Shown: positions 49,407 to 58,714, counted from the first letter of the stretch. The stretch is DNA of 64,000 bases from Candidatus Magasanikiibacteriota bacterium (GCA_003510435.1 DOMK01000018.1:14121-78120), one strand, 5' to 3'. Notes: a model not told the origin generated them from the sequence alone. Made by a program: numbers and translations.

Positions 49407-50195
49407 TTAATTATTTTTTAAAAAATTTAAAATAACTTTATCCCATTCCTCCAAAGTTAAAACCCCTTCAATCTTAACATTATTTACAAAATATGTTGGT
49501 GAGCCAATCACCCCAAGTTTAACGGCATCAGACAAATCAGTCTCCAGTTCTGTTTGAATTTTTTCGCTAGTTATACAACTTTGAAACTTATCTTTATTCA
49601 AATTTAAATTTTGAGCATAAAGCAACAAAGAATCTTGATCTAATTTTTTTTGAGTAAACAATAAATTATAATAAGACCAAAATTTATTTTGGGCTAAGGC
49701 GCACATAGCCGAAGCATGGGCCGATGTGGCATTAGGATGAATTTCTTGTAAAGGTAAATTTTTAAATACTACTTTTACTATTGGTTCATATTTATTTAAA
49801 AATTTAGAAAAATCACTATAGGCTTGCTGGCTATAAGGACATTCAAAATCCAAAAAAGCTAGAACTGTAATCTTGGCTTCTAGATTACCAAAAACTGGAT
49901 TATAATCCCTGACATAATCAGCCAAATTAGAAATTGATGGATCAGTTGTACTTTTATTTTGGGTCAACTTTGTACCCACAGTAAATTTGCTAGAAGTAAA
50001 ACTCTGGTTTATTTTTTCTACAGTAGCCAAACTGCCATATTTTATTTGCCAAGCATAATAACTAAAAAGAGCCATAAAACCAACGGCTCCTAAAATTATT
50101 AGACTAATAAAAAATAAAAATATTATTCCTCCAGCCGTATGATGCCATGGTTTTTTATTTTCTGGTAAAAAATTTTCCGAAAGATTATCAGACAT
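49407..50195 (-). CDS. DsbA-family thioredoxin-fold protein
   Basis: DFECPYS (CxxS), GSPTYFVN, N-terminal TM. Confidence 0.88.
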   Translation of the reverse strand: MSDNLSENFLPENKKPWHHTAGGIIFLFFISLIILGAVGFMALFSYYAWQIKYGSLATVEKINQSFTSSKFTVGTKLTQNKSTTDPSISNLADYVRDYNPVFGNLEAKITVLAFLDFECPYSQQAYSDFSKFLNKYEPIVKVVFKNLPLQEIHPNATSAHASAMCALAQNKFWSYYNLLFTQKKLDQDSLLLYAQNLNLNKDKFQSCITSEKIQTELETDLSDAVKLGVIGSPTYFVNNVKIEGVLTLEEWDKVILNFLKNN

Positions 50196-50263
50196 AAATT
50201 GATTTTATCAAGCTGATATATTATACCATATTTTATGATTTGTCAACAGTTTTCTGTAAACAA

Positions 50264-51013
50264 CTAAACAATGGATTCTTTTCTCACAAACCGCCATCTT
50301 CCTACCGGTAATGTCCCAAGTGATAATCTTCCAATTCTCATCCTTTTCAAACTAATAATATGATAACCAAGATTACCAAACATTTTTCTAATTTGGCGAT
50401 TTTTTCCTTCTTCCAAAATTACTGTCACTACCACCCGCCGACCAAGATTTAATTCTTTTATAATTCTAATTCCTTTTACCCACTCGTCCTCGCCAATATC
50501 CATGCCACTGGCCAAAACTTTTTTTGCATCTTTTGAAAGAGTTTTATCAATCATTACTTCATATTCTTTTTCATGTTCAAACTTGGGATGAGTTAGTTGG
50601 TTAGTTAATTCACCATCATTAGTAAGCAGAACTAACCCTTCGGAATCTTTGTCTAAGCGACCAACTGGATAAACCCGTGTTTGAATTTCTTGTTTTTCAT
50701 TTTTCCAAAAATTTGCTGGTGTCAATAAATCCAAAACTGTTTGCCCTTGTTCATTATCAGCACTACAAATATAATCCACTGGTTTGTTTATAGCAATGTA
50801 AACCTTGTCTTGAAAAAATTTTTTGTTCTCTATCTTTTCACCAACCAAAGCATCAACTTCAACCTTATCTTTTTCACCATCTATCTTTATTCCCATTTCT
50901 CTTACTACCTCCCCATTAACTCTTACTTTTCCGTCAGCAATCAAAACTTCAGCTTTGCGTCTAGAACAAATCCCTTGGTCAGCTATATATTTTTGTAAAC
51001 GAATATCTTTCAT
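50264..51013 (-). CDS. rRNA pseudouridine synthase (RsuA/RluB family)
   Basis: S4 domain 'RLQKYIA..GICSRRKAE'; PVGRLDKDSEGL; EGKNRQIRKM. Confidence 0.95.
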   Translation of the reverse strand: MKDIRLQKYIADQGICSRRKAEVLIADGKVRVNGEVVREMGIKIDGEKDKVEVDALVGEKIENKKFFQDKVYIAINKPVDYICSADNEQGQTVLDLLTPANFWKNEKQEIQTRVYPVGRLDKDSEGLVLLTNDGELTNQLTHPKFEHEKEYEVMIDKTLSKDAKKVLASGMDIGEDEWVKGIRIIKELNLGRRVVVTVILEEGKNRQIRKMFGNLGYHIISLKRMRIGRLSLGTLPVGRWRFVRKESIV

Positions 51014-51126
51014 AGTAAAACCCATTATAGCAAAAATAATTTATATTTTCAAGATTAGAAATAAAAAAACACCCAGTCTATAAAGAGGGGGTGTTTTGTA
51101 ATTTTGTATATTCTGTATTTTGTATA

Positions 51127-51774
51127 TTATGCTAATTGTTCAGCGACTTCAGCCGCAAAATCAGACACTTTCTTTTCAATGCCTTCTCCCAATTCATAAC
51201 GAGTAAACCGACGTAAAGTAGTTTTTTCTCCCATTTCACCAGTCTTTTGGGTTAACAATTGTTCAATAGTCTTGTCTTCATCTTTAATAAAAGGCTGTTC
51301 CAATACACATACTTCACTATAATAACGACCCATCTTACCTTCAAGAATTTTTTCAATCATTTCAACTGGTTTACCTTCATTTTTCAATTGCTCGCGATAA
51401 ATATTTTTCTCTTTTTCCATGTCTTCTGCCTTGACTTCTTCCCGAGATAAATATTTTGGATTGGCTGCGGCAATATGCATAGCAATATCATGAGCCAAAG
51501 CTTTGAAGCCATCGGTCTTAGCCACAAAATCAGTCTCACAATTTAATTCCAAAAGTACACCAATTTTACCTTCACCGTGAATATATGAATAAACTAAACC
51601 TTCGGCCGCAATCTTACCAGCGCGCTTAGCTGCTTTGGCAATTCCTTTGGTTCGTAAAATTTCTCCCGCTTTTTCTGCATCACCATCAGCCTCAACTAAA
51701 GCATTTTTACAATCAAGCATCCCTGCTCCTGTTTGGGCTCGGAGCTCAGCAATCATTTTAGCATTTATTTCCAT
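51127..51774 (-). CDS. tsf: elongation factor Ts
   Basis: LRAQTGAGMLDCK, NCETDFVA. Confidence 0.98.
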   Translation of the reverse strand: MEINAKMIAELRAQTGAGMLDCKNALVEADGDAEKAGEILRTKGIAKAAKRAGKIAAEGLVYSYIHGEGKIGVLLELNCETDFVAKTDGFKALAHDIAMHIAAANPKYLSREEVKAEDMEKEKNIYREQLKNEGKPVEMIEKILEGKMGRYYSEVCVLEQPFIKDEDKTIEQLLTQKTGEMGEKTTLRRFTRYELGEGIEKKVSDFAAEVAEQLA

Positions 51775-51805
51775 ATTTTTGTTTTAAAAAATTTATTATT
51801 AACTA

Positions 51806-52522
51806 CTATTTTGTAGCTTCTTGTCCAGCAACTTTAGCCTTTTCTGCCAAACCTTCTTTAATTGCTTCGGCTACTAAGTTGGTAATCATATTTATAGAAT
51901 TTACTGCATCATCATTGGCTGGAATAATATAATCAGCATTGTCTGGATTCGCATTAGTATCACAAACACCAATTATTTCAATTCCCATTCTCTTGGCTTC
52001 GAGCATGGCAGTTTTTTCTTTTTGTAAAGCAGGAATAAACAAAACATCTGGTTTCTTTTCCAATTTGGCCAAACCACCTAAAGATTTATCCATTTTTTCT
52101 AGTTCTCTGGCAATATCCAATTGTTCTTTTTTGGTATATTTTTCCAATTCTCCGCTAGCTTGTTCTTCTTTAAGACGATTATATTTTTTGATCAAACGTT
52201 TGATCTCTGTAAAATTCGTTAACAAACCACCAATCCAACGATCTAATAAAAATGGCATGTCACAACTTAGAGCGGCTGCTTTAACTATTTCTCTGGCTTG
52301 TGGCTTAGTTGTCACAAACAAAATAACCTTGCCGTCTTTAGCAAGATTTTTTACTGACTCCAAAGTGGTCTTCAATATTTCTTGGGTTTTTTCCAAATCA
52401 ATGACATGAATGCCATTTCTTTGACCAAAAATGTATTGCTTCATCTTTGGGTGCCAGCGGGAAATCTGATGGCCAAAGTGAACACCGGCCTTCAACATTT
52501 CCATAATACTAGGAATTTTCAT
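51806..52522 (-). CDS. rpsB: 30S ribosomal protein S2
   Basis: AGVHFGH...WHPKM, RWIGGLLTN, DTNANP, IPANDD. Confidence 0.98.
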   Translation of the reverse strand: MKIPSIMEMLKAGVHFGHQISRWHPKMKQYIFGQRNGIHVIDLEKTQEILKTTLESVKNLAKDGKVILFVTTKPQAREIVKAAALSCDMPFLLDRWIGGLLTNFTEIKRLIKKYNRLKEEQASGELEKYTKKEQLDIARELEKMDKSLGGLAKLEKKPDVLFIPALQKEKTAMLEAKRMGIEIIGVCDTNANPDNADYIIPANDDAVNSINMITNLVAEAIKEGLAEKAKVAGQEATK

Positions 52523-52524
52523 AA

Positions 52525-52605
52525 TTTTTCCTTTGTCCTCCCAATCGCGGCTCTAACAAGTGGTTGTTAAAGAGGAAAAAATGCGAAAGGTGAGGGATAA
52601 ATTAG
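52525..52605 (-). promoter_or_regulatory. putative structured rpsB leader
   Basis: CCTC...TCGC / GCGA...GAGG pairing in the 5'UTR after TTGACA-N17-TATTAT (52613-52641). Confidence 0.45.
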
Positions 52606-52816
52606 TGCCAATATAATACTAAATCTAACCTTATTTGTCAATGGCATATATAATATAAGTGTTAATAACATAATTTTAAAATACAATATACACACAACAA
52701 AATACAAAATTGTATATTGTTCCATGTATTTTGTATGTTATTAATCTACACAAACATGGTATTTACACCCAAACTTTGATATAATATAAACACTTTTATA
52801 ATTAAACATAAATTAT

Positions 52817-53881
52817 ATGCCAAAAATATCAGATAACTTTGCTAGAATAAGAACAATTTTCTTTTTTAGCCTCATTATAATTTTGGGAATTGCCCTCCTC
52901 TATGTTATTAGTCCATTTATTTATCCAATTTTTTGGGCAGCGGTAATAGCGGTTTTAGCTCACCCAACTTACAAAAAACTATTAAAATTCTTTAGATCAG
53001 CCACTCTAAGTTCAATAATTACCATTGTCCTAGTCGTTGCTATAATATTTTTACCTTTAGCTGGTTTGTCTACTTTACTTGTCAATGAATCTATTAGTTT
53101 ATACCAAAAAGTCACAAACACAGGCATAACAAACACTGTCGATAATGTCAGTAATTGGTTAAGCCATAATCAACTACTGGCTCCTTATATAAAGACTATC
53201 CAAAATAGCTGGGCACAATATGCGTCCAACTTTACAAAAACAATTAGTATATTTTTATTTGACAATATAAAAAGTGTCACCCAAAATTCACTCTGGTTTT
53301 TGTTAAGATTCTTCTTAATGCTCTATGCCTTATTTTTCTTTTTAAAAGATGGGCCAAGAATGTTAAAATGTTTAATGCATTTATCTCCTCTGGGGGACAA
53401 ATATGAAACCATGTTGTACGAAAAATTTTCTTCTACCACCAGAGCAACTTTAAAAAGTACTTTATTAGTCGGTGGTATCCAAGGTACCTTGGGTGGAATA
53501 TTGTTTTGGGTCACTGGAGTCGAAGGCGCTCTTGTCTGGTGTGTCATCATGATTGCCTTATCTGTTATACCAGCTGTTGGTTCTTCCATAGTCTGGTTTC
53601 CAGCTGGTATTATAATGCTCGCTACTGGCAACATCTGGCAAGGTATCTTGATTCTATTTTTTGGTCTAACAGTTATCAGTTTAATTGATAATTTCCTTCG
53701 TCCAATTTTTGTTGGCCGAGACACCCAAATGCATCCCATGCTGGCTCTATTTTCTACTTTAGGTGGAATTATAATTTTTGGCATTTCTGGTTTTATTATT
53801 GGACCAGTCTTAGCTTCACTGTTCTTGGCAATCATGAGTATATATGAACACCATTATAATAGTGAGTTGAGTGAAAATTAA
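52817..53881 (+). CDS. AI-2E family transporter
   Basis: 'PIFWA', 'FFLKDG', 'IDNFLRP', 'HP...LFSTLGG...GFIIGP'. Confidence 0.92.
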   Translation: MPKISDNFARIRTIFFFSLIIILGIALLYVISPFIYPIFWAAVIAVLAHPTYKKLLKFFRSATLSSIITIVLVVAIIFLPLAGLSTLLVNESISLYQKVTNTGITNTVDNVSNWLSHNQLLAPYIKTIQNSWAQYASNFTKTISIFLFDNIKSVTQNSLWFLLRFFLMLYALFFFLKDGPRMLKCLMHLSPLGDKYETMLYEKFSSTTRATLKSTLLVGGIQGTLGGILFWVTGVEGALVWCVIMIALSVIPAVGSSIVWFPAGIIMLATGNIWQGILILFFGLTVISLIDNFLRPIFVGRDTQMHPMLALFSTLGGIIIFGISGFIIGPVLASLFLAIMSIYEHHYNSELSEN

Positions 53882-53931
53882 CATTGATTACACTGATTGT
53901 GAGTTGAGATTACACAGATTAAAACAAAAAA

Positions 53932-54024
53932 CCCCGGTCTTTGTCTATGACTACGCCCGGCAAGCTAGATAATCTTTATATCAAAGAATTCAGCTTGCCC
54001 AGCGTAGCTTTAGCGAGGCTGGGG
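53932..54024. repeat. ~92-bp compound hairpin element, copy 2
   Basis: See 41513-41604; lies between convergent genes with A/T tails. Confidence 0.85.
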
Positions 54025-54084
54025 TTTTATTTTTGTTAAATATTTGTAAAATTTCTATTAAATTTATTTTAATTTTTTGTTCAA

Positions 54085-54558
54085 TTACCCTTTCACACTA
54101 TCAATCAACTGCTGTACCATTTCTTCTGCCTTTTTCTGTAATTGCGCGCTCGTCATACCCACCCCAATACCATTCTTAAGTTCCTCCATCTGTTCACGAA
54201 CCAACTCACCACGCATTTTTTCTAGTTCTTCTAAATAACCACCAATTTTCTTTTTTAATTCCTCAACTTTTTTCTTATCTTGTTTTAAAGACGAAACATC
54301 ATCATCAGTCTGAGCTAGTTGCAGTTGAGCCCGAAGTTGTCTAATCGCTGTCTGCACCTCTTGCATATGGCGGACAATATTTTGCATTTGTTTCTGGCTA
54401 TTTTTTACTTCACGAATCATAACATCCGCTCGCTCCATGGCCACGGCTGCTTGTAATTCTTTATTCGCTTCACCTTCTTTATTTTCTCTTTGCTCAGCCG
54501 AACTTTCTCTACCTTCCCTAGATCGACGAAGATTATTTTGTTCTGATTCAAATGACAT
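54085..54558 (-). CDS. coiled-coil hypothetical protein
   Basis: Heptad-rich ORF; likely start MSFESEQ just after the upstream stop. Confidence 0.7.
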   Translation of the reverse strand: MSFESEQNNLRRSREGRESSAEQRENKEGEANKELQAAVAMERADVMIREVKNSQKQMQNIVRHMQEVQTAIRQLRAQLQLAQTDDDVSSLKQDKKKVEELKKKIGGYLEELEKMRGELVREQMEELKNGIGVGMTSAQLQKKAEEMVQQLIDSVKG

Positions 54559-54562
54559 AAAA

Positions 54563-55234
54563 TTACTGTTGCTTATCGACATTATTTTTTTGATCAATTT
54601 CCCAAATCTCTTTTTGCGCATTATAAACCACCCAACACAGACCTAAGAAAGAAAATACTAAAACATAAGGTAAAAATTGAACTAAATATGTTTTGTGAAA
54701 AAACACTAATAAAGTATTTATAATAATAAAAAGCAATCTCACTTCTGTCGGACCAATACCTAGATATGATATTTTAAATTTATTGGTCGCAGAAAAATAC
54801 AAATAAGAATTCACAATATAAGCACCAAAGATAGCTAGGATAAAAAATAAGGAATTGAATTTATCATTAAACAAAAAAGAATAACCAATTAAAATGGAAC
54901 ACAAAAACATGTAATCTAAAAAATGATCCATATAATGCCCCCAGCGCAAAAGCCCAGCCTGACGGTATCGGCCTAAAGCACCATCCAGTGAATCTGTTAT
55001 ATACTGTGCTATGATTGATAATGATACTAGCCAAATCCAATGGATATTATATTGGGCCAAATAACTAAAGACTATAATCAACACACACCAAATAATTGTC
55101 GTTAGTGTCAGATGGTTACCACCTAACCAAGCAGGTAAGCGTGGCACTGCCCAATTAATCCATTTTTTTTCTAAACTGGCAAAAAACCATTTACCAACTT
55201 TTTTATCCGCGGCTAACTTTTCTGTTTCTGACAT
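54563..55234 (-). CDS. CDP-alcohol phosphatidyltransferase family protein
   Basis: DSLDGALGR...GHYMDHFLD signature. Confidence 0.9.
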   Translation of the reverse strand: MSETEKLAADKKVGKWFFASLEKKWINWAVPRLPAWLGGNHLTLTTIIWCVLIIVFSYLAQYNIHWIWLVSLSIIAQYITDSLDGALGRYRQAGLLRWGHYMDHFLDYMFLCSILIGYSFLFNDKFNSLFFILAIFGAYIVNSYLYFSATNKFKISYLGIGPTEVRLLFIIINTLLVFFHKTYLVQFLPYVLVFSFLGLCWVVYNAQKEIWEIDQKNNVDKQQ

Positions 55235-55259
55235 AAAATATTTATTAATATTATGGAAG

Positions 55260-55292
55260 TATCATAACAAATTAAATAAAAAAACTCAATCT
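55260..55292. repeat. 33-bp direct repeat, copy 1
   Basis: TATCATAACAAATTAAATAAAAAAACTCAATCT, identical to 56343-56375. Confidence 0.9.
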
Positions 55293-55328
55293 TATACAGA
55301 CTGAGCCTTAAAATAAAAAGTAGAGAAA

Positions 55329-56318
55329 TTATGGATTATTTTTTAATGCTCTAACTGCAAACTCATCGGCATATTGTTCTTTTGGTAAAGACCGATAAGC
55401 AATATTTTGATCATCCACCAATCTAGCCACATCCACCACACCATCTACTACATATTTTTCCCGTAATACGTCACTGTCTTTAACTGCTTGCTCAATTAAG
55501 CCATTCTCAATCATATTATTCAGTGTTGCTGGATTCACATTTGGTAAAGGCAGACTGGCCATTTCCACTCGATTTTTTTGTTTCCAAGCTTCACTTGGAG
55601 ATAATTCAAGATCATTATTATTTTTAAAATTTATTATATAATCATGAGCATGACCAAGTTCGTGTGCAAAAATAAAAGATTGTAATATTTCGGCCGTGAC
55701 CTCTTCTGCTTTCAAACCCAATAATCCAGCTACAATTTCTACTGATTTTTTTCTAGAAACTAATAACTTTCTATAATGTTCTTCATTACCGGGTACAACA
55801 TAAATAGTCGGAGCAGAATCAAACCCTGAAGGATCAGCAAAATAACCACCAGTATGTGACAAAGTTTCTCCAGACTTGGGTTTACCTAATCTTACTTCCA
55901 CTTGACGTAATTCTGGATTGGCTTGTAATATTGTAGCCCACATATTTCCCAAATGTTCTCCTCCTTCTTCAACAATTTTCCTATCAGAAATATCTTTGAT
56001 TTCTTGTTTTCGTTTTTCAATATTTAATAATAAATTTGAAAAATTAATATCATCACCACATAATGTTGAAAATTCCGACATTTGTATATCCAAAACACGA
56101 ATAATATCCTTTACTTTTTCAATTGCAAAACTATCCATTGAATCAACGTGAGTAAACAAATCATCTAATTTTTGTGAAACTAAAATAAACTTGCGTTCTC
56201 GGGTAAGCGCATTGACAATTTCTTTCCTAAACAAATCCAAATCAGTCTCTCTTTTTTTGAGGTCGCCTCCAGTACTACTAGCATCTAAAATTTTTCCATC
56301 TCCTACTGTTAATGACAT
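55329..56318 (-). CDS. HEXXH zinc-metallopeptidase-like protein
   Basis: FIFAHELGHAH plus distal EQYADEFA. Confidence 0.7.
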   Translation of the reverse strand: MSLTVGDGKILDASSTGGDLKKRETDLDLFRKEIVNALTRERKFILVSQKLDDLFTHVDSMDSFAIEKVKDIIRVLDIQMSEFSTLCGDDINFSNLLLNIEKRKQEIKDISDRKIVEEGGEHLGNMWATILQANPELRQVEVRLGKPKSGETLSHTGGYFADPSGFDSAPTIYVVPGNEEHYRKLLVSRKKSVEIVAGLLGLKAEEVTAEILQSFIFAHELGHAHDYIINFKNNNDLELSPSEAWKQKNRVEMASLPLPNVNPATLNNMIENGLIEQAVKDSDVLREKYVVDGVVDVARLVDDQNIAYRSLPKEQYADEFAVRALKNNP

Positions 56319-56342
56319 ATAATTTAATAGACATAACATCAA

Positions 56343-56375
56343 TATCATAACAAATTAAATAAAAAAACTCAATCT
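56343..56375. repeat. 33-bp direct repeat, copy 2 (tRNA terminator plus -10)
   Basis: Identical to 55260-55292; directly downstream of tRNA-Leu. Confidence 0.9.
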
Positions 56376-56394
56376 GATATAAATTGAGCTTCTG

Positions 56395-56478
56395 TGCCCG
56401 AGGCGGGAATCGAACCCGCACTCTATTGCTAGAACAGGATTTTAAGTCCTGCGCGTCTACCAATTTCGCCACCCGGGC
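56395..56478 (-). tRNA. tRNA-Leu(TAA)
   Basis: GCCCGGG acceptor, D-loop TTGGTAG, CAGGA-CTTAAAA-TCCTG anticodon arm, long variable arm, GTTCGATTC; CCA not encoded. Confidence 0.96.
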
Positions 56479-56637
56479 TTATTTGTTTGAACATTATAGC
56501 ACAAACAAAAAATATTTCAAGAGCCAAGCTAAATCCATTTTCGCCATTACAGTACTTAATTATTTTATATCCTAACAATAAAAAACGACTCAATTTCAAT
56601 CACTAATTTTTAAATCTTTCAATCTTAAATTTTTAAA

Positions 56638-57282
56638 TTATTTTCTCCACTTCACTTCCTTTACTCCACTTTTCAAATTTAACCATCGACCCAAAACAAA
56701 TAACAAATCACTCAAACGATTTAGATATTTCATTATATTCTGGTCAACCCCAGAAGTAGAACTTCGTTCACTACGGGGCAAGCTCTTGTATTTCAAACTC
56801 AAATCAATTACCCGTCTTTCTGCTCGCCGACAAATCGCCCGCACATAAAAACTCTTGGCTGATTCTTCACTTCCACCTGGTAAAATAAAATTAGTCAGCT
56901 TGGGTAAATCTTTTTCCATTTTATCAATCCACTTCTCAAGTTTTTTAACTTCTGCACTTTTTAATTTTGGTATAGTTTTTATTTTAGCTTGGACAGACGC
57001 TAGGTTTGCACCGATAACAAATAGACAATGTTGAATATTAATCAATTTCTTTTTTACTTCCGTGTAATCCTTTCCTTCCGTACCCTCCCGGCCTGCAACG
57101 CTATCGCTTGCATTGCGGGCAGGCGTGTCACCGTCAATCTCTTCAATCAAAATTCCCAAAAAAGCATTGAGTTCATCCACTTCGCCGATTGCTTCCATCT
57201 CCAAACACGACTTGGAAACTCGTTTCCCGCCAAGCATACTGGTTTGTCCTGAGTCGCCGGTTTTTGTATAGATTTTTGGCAT
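56638..57282 (-). CDS. PduO-type cob(I)alamin adenosyltransferase with two in-frame palindromic insertions
   Basis: KIYTKTGD.G, GEVDELNA, FILPGG, RRAER, YLNRLSD. Confidence 0.93.
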   Translation of the reverse strand: MPKIYTKTGDSGQTSMLGGKRVSKSCLEMEAIGEVDELNAFLGILIEEIDGDTPARNASDSVAGREGTEGKDYTEVKKKLINIQHCLFVIGANLASVQAKIKTIPKLKSAEVKKLEKWIDKMEKDLPKLTNFILPGGSEESAKSFYVRAICRRAERRVIDLSLKYKSLPRSERSSTSGVDQNIMKYLNRLSDLLFVLGRWLNLKSGVKEVKWRK

Positions 57283-57284
57283 AA

Positions 57285-57836
57285 TTAAAATAATGAAGTA
57301 AATTCAAATTTTTTCAAATCACTCACTGTAAGAAGACGTGATCTATTTACATACTTTTGCATACCCAAACTAGGATTGTGAGAAAAACCAATATATTCTA
57401 TTTCTTTATCAAGATGACGAATTTTACTTATAGCTGGAATTAAATCTGTATCAGAAGAAATTAGAATAGCAGTATCATACAAATCATCATAAGCGCCTAC
57501 TAATAAATCTACTGCCAATTTTACATCAACACCTTTTTCATGATAAACACCACCACTTTTCATCATATAACCATTCTTTACAACAAAATTTTGATTTGAA
57601 GATTGCAAGTGCGATAATAATCTTTGTTGATTTTTTCTTAATTCTTGACCTTTTTCATTACCTTCTTCTGCCCTAATAATACCAATATAATAACGACAGG
57701 AAATGATTTCTCTTCCTCCAGCCAACCATTTTGATAAACTACGATAATCAAATTTAACTAAATTGGACAAACCCAATTCTTTTACTTTGTGATAAAAATT
57801 ACTTCCATCTATATAAATTGCAACTCTATTATTCAT
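57285..57836 (-). CDS. NYN (LabA/DUF88) domain protein
   Basis: IDGSNFY, EKGVDV.LAVD, SSDTDL.P. Confidence 0.92.
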   Translation of the reverse strand: MNNRVAIYIDGSNFYHKVKELGLSNLVKFDYRSLSKWLAGGREIISCRYYIGIIRAEEGNEKGQELRKNQQRLLSHLQSSNQNFVVKNGYMMKSGGVYHEKGVDVKLAVDLLVGAYDDLYDTAILISSDTDLIPAISKIRHLDKEIEYIGFSHNPSLGMQKYVNRSRLLTVSDLKKFEFTSLF

Positions 57837-57841
57837 AAAAT

Positions 57842-57931
57842 AAAAAACCCACCGTGTGTCTTCTCAAGGAAGACTCCAGAGCGGGTGTTTTTAGCTAAAG
57901 TAATTATACGATAGTCTGTAGTTTTTGTCAA
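57842..57931 (-). promoter_or_regulatory. consensus promoter plus GC-rich leader hairpin/terminator before NYN gene
   Basis: TTGACA-N17-TATAAT (57903-57931); ACCCGC..GTCTTC-CTTGA-GAAGAC..GTGGGT-TTTTT. Confidence 0.7.
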
Positions 57932-57985
57932 TAGCTATAGTGGACAGACTAAAACCGCTCCTGGATATATTAAACCACAAAATTT

Positions 57986-58714
57986 TTACTCTGGCAATGT
58001 ATCCCAAAGCATTTCAAAAACCGACCGAAAAACATCCACCATAGCTGGCACAGCAATCACTACGGCCAAAGATGATAACTCTGGACTAACCACCAAAATT
58101 TTATCTTTAAAAATATCAATTGAGCTTTTGAATTTATATTTTGCTGGTAGATATTTATAACTGCGCAGTAATTTTATATCAGGAGGATTTATCTTCTTTG
58201 ATTCAGCAGTAATTAAAAGCTTGGTATGAATGCCGGCTTGCGCGCGATCTTTACGATACCGCACAAACCACTCAGCATCTAACTTTTCCCAATTGGGCAC
58301 ACTACCAATAACATAATAAGATTTATTTTTAAAATCATTCAAAACGCCGGTATAAAATTTTTTTAATTCATGCACGGTCTCAATAAAACGCAAACCTCCC
58401 ATTTGTAATTTCTTTTTTTCCATGGATTCAAGCACGGGCACTAAATTATTAAAAGCGTCTAATTTTTTTTCAAAATAATCTGCCACGCGCTGTGGTTTTT
58501 CCGCATAAAAAAATTGTTTGCTTTTGCGGTAATAAGTTGTCACAAAACCTTTTTCTGCCAATGATTTTAAAAGAGCATAAACCGTAGTGCGTTTTATGCC
58601 AACACTTTTGGCAACCGCACTGGCAATTGAGCCACCAATCTTCAGCAAACCTAAGTACACTTCTGCTTCGTGTTCATTTAATCCTAATTCTTTTAAGGCT
58701 GTTTTTTCTTGCAT
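57986..58714 (-). CDS. TrmB-family transcriptional regulator
   Basis: 'LGLNEHEAEVYLGLL...GIKRTTVYALLKSL'; promoter TTGACA-N17-TATAAT at 58758-58786. Confidence 0.85.
   Translation of the reverse strand: MQEKTALKELGLNEHEAEVYLGLLKIGGSIASAVAKSVGIKRTTVYALLKSLAEKGFVTTYYRKSKQFFYAEKPQRVADYFEKKLDAFNNLVPVLESMEKKKLQMGGLRFIETVHELKKFYTGVLNDFKNKSYYVIGSVPNWEKLDAEWFVRYRKDRAQAGIHTKLLITAESKKINPPDIKLLRSYKYLPAKYKFKSSIDIFKDKILVVSPELSSLAVVIAVPAMVDVFRSVFEMLWDTLPE

Noticed and set aside
42415-55234. Nucleotidyltransferase domain plus CDP-alcohol transferase as one lipid or compatible-solute pathway
   Set aside because: The genes are 10 kb apart with no shared regulation visible; the link is unsupported.
56278-56575. 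ORFs 56278-56472 and 56384-56575
   Set aside because: They overlap tRNA-Leu and are spurious.
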